A stretch of DNA of 40,314 nucleotides from a virus. Its lineage: Duplodnaviria; Caudoviricetes. The DNA lies in the IMG/VR virus record IMGVR_UViG_3300025296_000044, positions 1 through 40,314 of that record; one strand, given 5' to 3'. The stretch's first letter is position 1, and each line of letters opens with the position of its first letter. Below the pieces are notes generated by a model. It was not told where the DNA came from, made no database searches, and saw nothing but the letters and a program-made list of their open reading frames with translations. Shown one piece after another: positions 34,300 through 40,314 of the stretch. A program made the translations under genes and the position numbers.

Positions 34300-36456
34300 T
34301 TAATTTTTACTTAAATAATAAGCAGCAGTTCCTTTTTTGTCTGCTAAAGTATTATATTTTTCTGCCCAAAATTTTGCTCTGCCTTCTATAGTAGCAGGAA
34401 TATCTTTCTCATCTATTGTAGATATGTATAATCTAGCAATAGTGGCATTTACCAAAGGATTCATCATATCTTTTCTTGAAAGATTTTCCCAATTAATATT
34501 TTTTCCCCAAGATGTTACTTTAAAGCTATCTAAATTTTTTCTTAATGAAGAAAATCTAGGATTAGTTTTCTTATTTTTACGATCTTTTTCATAGACTTCA
34601 AGTCTTCTTTTAATTTCTGTATAAGCTTGATTATCTCCCATTCCTACCTGCCACGGACCTAATATATTACTTTCTTTTTTATTCGTCTTTGGATTACCTC
34701 CAAAAGAACTTTCTGCATTAGCAATTTCTGTTAAAAATGTTGCTGTTCTTTCTTTATATTTAGGACTCCCACCTAATACTTTTGATACTGCTTCAATAGC
34801 AGCACTTATATTTCTTCTTTTATATGGTTTTCCTTCTGTATATTTTTTACTTTGTATATCCTTAATTGCAGTAGCAATTAAATTTTCATGTTCTCGTCTG
34901 TAACCTTCTCGAAGTTGTTCAGCCAATTCTTGTTGTGATGTAGGTGTTTTAGGTTGTACTGATGGTAATACTTCTGGTATTTCTACTTGTACTGGCTGTA
35001 CTTTCTTATCCAGAATATCATCCCCGCTGCCACCAAGAATAGTATCATCAGAAGATAACTGTTCTACTTCAGAAGAACTAGTCTTTACTAATGGTTCAGC
35101 ACGACTATTCATTACTGATGGTTCAGGCTTTTCTGGTTCAGTAGTTGACATAAATTTTTCCCATGCCTCTTCTGCATCTTTTCTTTGTGCATCTGCTTGA
35201 GACATAGGAATATCAAAATCTCCTTCAACCTCACCACCCCTATCCATAAGCTGTCCCATCTGCTGTTGCATAGGAGCTTCAGATGCTACTTGTTGCTGTT
35301 GTGGTGGCTGTTGCTGCTGCTGTTGAGCCATGAACTTTTCTTTTTGTTTCCTGAGTTGAAGACCTTTCTGGTTCCATTTCTCCAGCTTATCAAGACCAAT
35401 AATTTCTACCAACGCTTTAGGTATGATAGCTTCTCCATTAGAGATGCGAATAGGGACTTTATTTTGTGGATCATAGTCTGTAGGCACTTCTTTACCCAGT
35501 GCCACGGCAATAGAATATGCATCACGAATTACCTCATTTATATCTGAAATTCCAATTAACTGTACAGCTTCCGCATTAAGAACATAGGAACCTGCTTCTA
35601 CTTCCATATCTAGATCATCTTCAACTCCTGTACCTCCGCTAAAGGGACCGGGAGCACCATCAGCATCAGACACAACCCCCATAGGAACATTGGCAACTTC
35701 CATGTTTGTATCTGCATTCTCTGCTTCTCCTCCCGTTTGAAGATGCTGTATGAGAGCACCTACTCTTCCGCCAGTGTTAAAATAATCTCCACCCGGACTT
35801 TCGTGACCGGGAGCACTGGGAGCATCGACACCATGCTCACCATGTTGTCCCTCTGCGTGTGCTGCACCAAATGCTGCTGCACCATAACCTAAATCATCGT
35901 CTCTGCTACTACCTATTATTGTCGATTTAGCAGGTTCGGGTTCGGGCTTGGGTACTTGTTGTCCAACTCCATGTTCTCCTCTTTCTTGAGATATTTCTTC
36001 TGCATCTAAAACATCTCGATCAGATATCTCTCCTGAAAAACTTGTTCCCGGTAAACTATAAGAATTAGGACCACCTATATAACCATATGCAACGTCCCTA
36101 TTGGGATCAGAACGCTTGGATTCTTCAATAAGTGCTCCATATCTTTCTGCAAGAGTTTGACCCGGAGGAGGAGGTTCTCCAAAAGCATCAAATGCTTCCA
36201 CCAATGCTTTTCCATGTTTGTGTATACTCCTAACAGTTCCAATTACAGGTGTAAAAAACATAGCTATTTCCATGAGAGCTTTTGCTAAACTTGTTTGACT
36301 ATAATCAAAATTAGGATCAGGAGCAGCTTCAGGAGCAAGAGAACCTTCTCCTTGATCATATATAGTAGAATCAACTATAGAAAGAAGATATTCAGGAATT
36401 TCCTCTTTATTTTGTTCTGCAAATTCTTGCATTGCTATATAATCATTAATGGGCAT
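34300..36456 (-). CDS. Multidomain virion protein with a GG-flanked duplicated module and a C-terminal lysozyme/transglycosylase-like domain
   Basis: Central GTGVEDDLDMEVEAGSYVLNAEAV and VPIRISNGEAIIPKALV. C-terminal IANAESSFG...GPWQV...NPLVNATIARLY...FWAEKYNT. Confidence 0.65.
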   Translation of the reverse strand: MPINDYIAMQEFAEQNKEEIPEYLLSIVDSTIYDQGEGSLAPEAAPDPNFDYSQTSLAKALMEIAMFFTPVIGTVRSIHKHGKALVEAFDAFGEPPPPGQTLAERYGALIEESKRSDPNRDVAYGYIGGPNSYSLPGTSFSGEISDRDVLDAEEISQERGEHGVGQQVPKPEPEPAKSTIIGSSRDDDLGYGAAAFGAAHAEGQHGEHGVDAPSAPGHESPGGDYFNTGGRVGALIQHLQTGGEAENADTNMEVANVPMGVVSDADGAPGPFSGGTGVEDDLDMEVEAGSYVLNAEAVQLIGISDINEVIRDAYSIAVALGKEVPTDYDPQNKVPIRISNGEAIIPKALVEIIGLDKLEKWNQKGLQLRKQKEKFMAQQQQQQPPQQQQVASEAPMQQQMGQLMDRGGEVEGDFDIPMSQADAQRKDAEEAWEKFMSTTEPEKPEPSVMNSRAEPLVKTSSSEVEQLSSDDTILGGSGDDILDKKVQPVQVEIPEVLPSVQPKTPTSQQELAEQLREGYRREHENLIATAIKDIQSKKYTEGKPYKRRNISAAIEAVSKVLGGSPKYKERTATFLTEIANAESSFGGNPKTNKKESNILGPWQVGMGDNQAYTEIKRRLEVYEKDRKNKKTNPRFSSLRKNLDSFKVTSWGKNINWENLSRKDMMNPLVNATIARLYISTIDEKDIPATIEGRAKFWAEKYNTLADKKGTAAYYLSKN

Positions 36457-36703
36457 TATATTTATCTTGCTTTCTTAATATATCATCATTGGTAATATTA
36501 GACTGGACCACGTCCTTGAGGTTCTTGATCATTTCCAGTGAAGCCAGCTTCCCCTGCAACCGGCGGAACTCCAACTCCGATATTTCCACCCCCAACGCCT
36601 GATGGGTCCATTGGATTTGCTCCAGCAGGTACTCCTGCATTGGCTCCCATACCTCCGGGTTGTTGACTAGGTGTTGCAGCTTCCGGGCTATTAGTGGGTT
36701 CAT
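36446..36703 (-). CDS. Small post-portal protein overlapping the portal 3' end
   Basis: GAGGT SD before the ATG. FRRLQGKLASL motif resembles small proteins encoded after podovirus portals. Its stop overlaps the next start. Confidence 0.65.
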   Translation of the reverse strand: MNPLIARKLQHLVNNPEVWEPMQEYLLEQIQWTHQALGVEISELEFRRLQGKLASLEMIKNLKDVVQSNITNDDILRKQDKYNAH

Positions 36704-38573
36704 TCAGACCTCTCAGAATATCTGCAAATATTGCTGCCTCATCTGTATTATTCACAAGCTGATCAGGATCAATATCCTGAGAGATTGCAAGTTCTCTCAT
36801 AAGATTTGGAATCTTGATGAAAGGTGCCAGAAGAGGATTGGCAATTGTTTGCAACAGTGTTACAAGTCTTTGACTGCGGACTTCCTTTTGCATGACAGAT
36901 GCAACGCCCCTAGGCTTAATCTCAAGATCACCCATAATCTCGGCATTGTCATCATTAAACTGCATGTTCCATTGGAAGAATGCTTCTCCCAAAGGTCTTA
37001 ACAGATAGTCATCTATATTCTTGACAACAGTTTTAATCGAGAGTCCTGCCGATCCCATGATCATTGATAGACCAGCAGCGGTACGACCAGTTCCTGTTAC
37101 ACCCGTCTGTCCATGAGAGATAGAGGGTATCCCAGTTTCCTCATCTGCAAGCTGTCGTGCAGCCTGATACATTTGAAGGTTCTCTGGAGCCGTGTTGGGG
37201 AATTTAAGCCCGTTGACAGCAGTTCCAGTAACACCAGACTGCCGTCTGAAGATTTTGCCCGGATAAACTTCCATGTTCTGTCCGGGTACAAGTTGTGTTT
37301 CATCAATGTCAAATACCATGTTACCGGCCAGAGCCAGATTATCAATAGCCATTCTCATATGGCCGTTCATGAGAAGCTGTGCATCCTCCATGTTCTCTGC
37401 TATGCCCACACCAAAGAATTGGTAGGGATTAAGTTCATAGGGGAATGCATGATAGGGAATACGAGCAGGTACGAAAGGATTAAGTACGCAACGGATAATC
37501 TTATTATTGACTACCCATGCATTGATCTGTACTGAATCCATATGAGTAATACTGTCTGGTAATTCAAGTCCTATTTCTCTGGCAAGATGAAGGTCCAGTG
37601 TACCCCAGTATTCAAATACTTCATATCTATTTTCTGAATAGAGAGGGTCTTGGTCTTCTGAATAGATTGTATTCTCAAAGTATCTTTCCTGATACTGAGG
37701 ACCATACTCCAGAGCACTTTCAATGGCATCTTCATTAAAGAAGGGTCTGTTGGCAAGCTCTCTGAGTTGTTCCCGATTGTAACGATGCCTTTGTATTACA
37801 TATTCGGCATCTTCAATATTAGTGGCTGAAGGATCAGGATAGAAATTCCAGCAGGATACAGCTTCAATTCGAGGAACAGTCTTCACATATGGTTCAAATA
37901 TCTTCTCATCATCTTCCATCTTCCAGTTATGAACGGTCTTGTCAAAGTTGAATGGTCCCTTGATAATACCTGTACCTAACAGGGAAGATTCAAAGATTGC
38001 ATGTCTTAGAACATTCGTTGCATTGGTATCCAGTAACTGATCATGAATCTGCTTCTCCATATTACGAGCAGCAATAGCGGCTGGTTCGATCTGTGGAGAA
38101 CCCGGAATAACACTTGGTCCCTCTGTCAGACTGGTGGCATTGCCATACTTTTCTTCCAGTCCTCCCAGAAAATCATCAAGTTGCGACAGAGGTACGTTAC
38201 CTGCCTGTTGCATAATCATCTGTTCTTCTGGAGTTGCCAAATGAGCAAACTCGGCAATCCCTTCAGGAATTGGTGTATTGGAAACTGTAATGGGGAATTT
38301 ATTATTGGCAAAGAGGATATCGGAAATCTGTCCGAAGGATGCAAGAACCTTTACTTTGGTAATTCTTACAAATACTTTTGACTTTTCTGATGATCTGTAG
38401 GTAGAGGATGTATCATAGATACCTCTATAGTTCTTGTATGCCTGTAACCAGCGTCTCTCATCGGAAAGACGACCAGTTTCAGCATCAAGAAACTTACTAT
38501 TGATAAAGCCTACAAGACCCGGAAGTTCATCCTCTTCTACTTCTACAGCTTCAGGAAGTTCTTCGTCAGCCAT
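36498..38573 (-). CDS. Portal protein
   Basis: 691 aa between terminase and scaffold. SKVFVRITKVKV, LGTGIIKGP, NFYPDP and PYQFFGVGIAE motifs. Confidence 0.92.
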   Translation of the reverse strand: MADEELPEAVEVEEDELPGLVGFINSKFLDAETGRLSDERRWLQAYKNYRGIYDTSSTYRSSEKSKVFVRITKVKVLASFGQISDILFANNKFPITVSNTPIPEGIAEFAHLATPEEQMIMQQAGNVPLSQLDDFLGGLEEKYGNATSLTEGPSVIPGSPQIEPAAIAARNMEKQIHDQLLDTNATNVLRHAIFESSLLGTGIIKGPFNFDKTVHNWKMEDDEKIFEPYVKTVPRIEAVSCWNFYPDPSATNIEDAEYVIQRHRYNREQLRELANRPFFNEDAIESALEYGPQYQERYFENTIYSEDQDPLYSENRYEVFEYWGTLDLHLAREIGLELPDSITHMDSVQINAWVVNNKIIRCVLNPFVPARIPYHAFPYELNPYQFFGVGIAENMEDAQLLMNGHMRMAIDNLALAGNMVFDIDETQLVPGQNMEVYPGKIFRRQSGVTGTAVNGLKFPNTAPENLQMYQAARQLADEETGIPSISHGQTGVTGTGRTAAGLSMIMGSAGLSIKTVVKNIDDYLLRPLGEAFFQWNMQFNDDNAEIMGDLEIKPRGVASVMQKEVRSQRLVTLLQTIANPLLAPFIKIPNLMRELAISQDIDPDQLVNNTDEAAIFADILRGLNEPTNSPEAATPSQQPGGMGANAGVPAGANPMDPSGVGGGNIGVGVPPVAGEAGFTGNDQEPQGRGPV

Positions 38574-38581
38574 AAATTAAA

Positions 38582-38794
38582 TTATCCTGCCTTTGTAAAA
38601 TCAGAAGTCATCATCTTCTTGCCAGACTCGGAAGGAACATCGGCAGATTGCTTGAAATTTACATCGGTTGGACCCAGAAGGTCTTTCTCCAGTGCTTCAC
38701 GATAAAGAGCGCCATCAGGAACAGGACTCATGTCTCCCTGCTTCTCGGCCATTCCTTCAAAGTCTTTGGCAGTATAGGGTTTTAGATAGGGCAT
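38582..38794 (-). CDS. Small hypothetical protein
   Basis: AAGGAG SD, 70 aa. Confidence 0.7.
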   Translation of the reverse strand: MPYLKPYTAKDFEGMAEKQGDMSPVPDGALYREALEKDLLGPTDVNFKQSADVPSESGKKMMTSDFTKAG

Positions 38795-38805
38795 TAATTT
38801 CTCCT

Positions 38806-40023
38806 TTATTTAATTCTATTGGGTTTACGAACAGAGCCGCCTTTGGCATACTGTTTTATAACTTTGGCAGTACGATAAGACTTCGGGCGGCTGGATACTC
38901 GACCACCTCCCTTCTTTTTTACTTTTTTAATAATATCTTCTGCAAAAGAAGTTTTTCCAGCAGGACTATCTTCTTCACCTCTGGTTGGAGCATCTCTTGT
39001 ATATTCAGTTAGACTTCCCGCTCCTCCAAGAGCAGCATCTCTTTTTGCTTTATTTTCTGCATTCCAATCAGACCAATATTGATCTGCTTCTTCATCACGA
39101 CCTTGCATTTTTAAATCAGTGTATGTAACATCTCTATCTATTTCAGACTTGGAACGACGAAGACCAAACAGCTTTTGTCCAAATCCAGATTCAGCTACTT
39201 TTTTATATGGTGATAGTTCTGCTTGCGTAAATCTAGGACTGGCATCTCTTATAGCTGCTTTTTCTGCTGTTATTCTTCCATACCAATTCTGCATTTTTTG
39301 TCGCATTCTATCCTGAAAAATTTCTTCTCCTTCAGGTGTTGATCTGGTTAAATCAGGATATCCAGCAGAAATTCCGGGTGCTTTACGTCTATAATCCCAA
39401 GGAACATCTTCTCCTATTCTTTGTCTAAATTCGGTAGGTGTAAATCCTTCTGGTGCTTGTTCATCAGGGTCTAATTGTTGTCTATCCACTCTTTTTTGAT
39501 GTTCTTCTCTATATCCTGCTCTTATTTGTTCAGCAAATTCTTGTTGTGAAGTAGGAGCACTAGGTTTACGTCCTAGTTCTGCATCTATCATATCTTGTCG
39601 ATTTTCTGGTCGAGGAATACGGGGATCAACATATTCAGTATCCATATGTTCTAACAGAAGATTAGCCGTTTCAGGAACCATTCCTATACCAACTAATGCT
39701 GCTATAGTCTTCTTCTTAGACATACCTGCTTTAAAATTAGAGAAAATAGTAGCAGCTTTAGGATTTTTTGCTGCTTCTCTAAATGTTTTATTCCAGAAAG
39801 GTGTACCTTGTCCTACAGGTGTTATATGACTTGCTCTTGAAAGAGAACCATCTGCTCTAAAAACACCTCTTGGATTTTTATTTGTTGCTTTTAAAACAGG
39901 TTTTGTAGCACTCTTTACATGAGCAAAAACTTTAGGTAGCTGTTTTGCAGTTACTTTTGCCAATTCTTTTATAGCAAAACGTCCGCCTATCCATACTACT
40001 GCCCAAATTAAAGGTGCTGCCAT
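38806..40023 (-). CDS. Hypothetical late protein with C-terminal GG motifs
   Basis: Hydrophobic N-terminus MAAPLIWAVVWIGG. Ends KKKGGGRV...YAKGGSVRKPNRIK. Confidence 0.7.
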   Translation of the reverse strand: MAAPLIWAVVWIGGRFAIKELAKVTAKQLPKVFAHVKSATKPVLKATNKNPRGVFRADGSLSRASHITPVGQGTPFWNKTFREAAKNPKAATIFSNFKAGMSKKKTIAALVGIGMVPETANLLLEHMDTEYVDPRIPRPENRQDMIDAELGRKPSAPTSQQEFAEQIRAGYREEHQKRVDRQQLDPDEQAPEGFTPTEFRQRIGEDVPWDYRRKAPGISAGYPDLTRSTPEGEEIFQDRMRQKMQNWYGRITAEKAAIRDASPRFTQAELSPYKKVAESGFGQKLFGLRRSKSEIDRDVTYTDLKMQGRDEEADQYWSDWNAENKAKRDAALGGAGSLTEYTRDAPTRGEEDSPAGKTSFAEDIIKKVKKKGGGRVSSRPKSYRTAKVIKQYAKGGSVRKPNRIK

Positions 40024-40036
40024 TTTTTATTTCCTT

Positions 40037-40314
40037 TTAGTATCCAAAGACAGAATCTTCCATGGTAGGTGCAGAGTCGGTATGAAACTTAAAATTATAC
40101 AGGGACGAAGATGTTTGTCTGTTCATTACCATATATCTCAATGCATCATATGCATGGTCTTCTGTTCGTGTGTCTATATCTTCACTATTTGTCTTGGAGA
40201 TTGGAAGCGTGGGAAGTGTTCTGACAAGATTGGTGCAGGTATTGAACATCCTGAGTCTGGGATTACCATATGAATCTGTCTGTAGTCTTCGATGTACTTC
40301 TATCTTTCCATTCA
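40037..40314 (-). CDS. terL: Terminase large subunit, C-terminal fragment
   Basis: Frame open to the window edge: NGKIEVHRRL...PRLRMFNTCTNLVRTLP...EDHAYDALRY, the end of the nuclease domain. Confidence 0.9.
   Translation of the reverse strand, partial: NGKIEVHRRLQTDSYGNPRLRMFNTCTNLVRTLPTLPISKTNSEDIDTRTEDHAYDALRYMVMNRQTSSSLYNFKFHTDSAPTMEDSVFGY

Noticed and set aside
35011-35049. RTX-like DDTILGGSGDDIL peptide
   Set aside because: Essentially a single copy in a linker, too few repeats for a calcium-binding beta-roll.
1-40314. tRNA genes, integrase, inteins or stop-codon reassignment
   Set aside because: No cloverleaf, recombinase or intein motifs were seen by eye, and genes pack tightly under the standard code.

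Overview
About 40 kb, probably most of the genome, of an AT-rich lytic podovirus-like dsDNA phage. An alphaproteobacterial, likely aquatic, host is inferred from a Usg-like gene and a host-like secreted protein. Two arms converge at about 11.8 kb. The + strand arm (1-11843) holds small early genes behind sigma70-type promoters, a T7-like family A DNA polymerase, a SAM methyltransferase, SSB, a Cas4-like exonuclease, a primase-helicase, a GIY-YIG nuclease, DUF3310, a MazG-like protein and a class II ribonucleotide reductase. The - strand arm (40314 to 11818) holds the terminase end, portal, scaffold, capsid, adaptor, nozzle, a repeat-rich tail fibre, internal virion proteins and holin-like genes. 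No RNA polymerase, integrase, tRNA or CRISPR array was seen. Best candidate new system: a hydrophobic-x-x-Gly-Gly tag recurring in unrelated late proteins. It brackets an ADP-ribosyltransferase-like domain on both sides, precedes a lysozyme-like domain, and flanks a duplicated module in a gene between portal and scaffold. This suggests a tag-and-cleave virion cargo system. Also notable: an early protein starting with an apparent mimic of the FtsZ C-terminal peptide, and twin RNA hairpins at the scaffold RBS. All family assignments are by-eye motif recognition; no searches were run.
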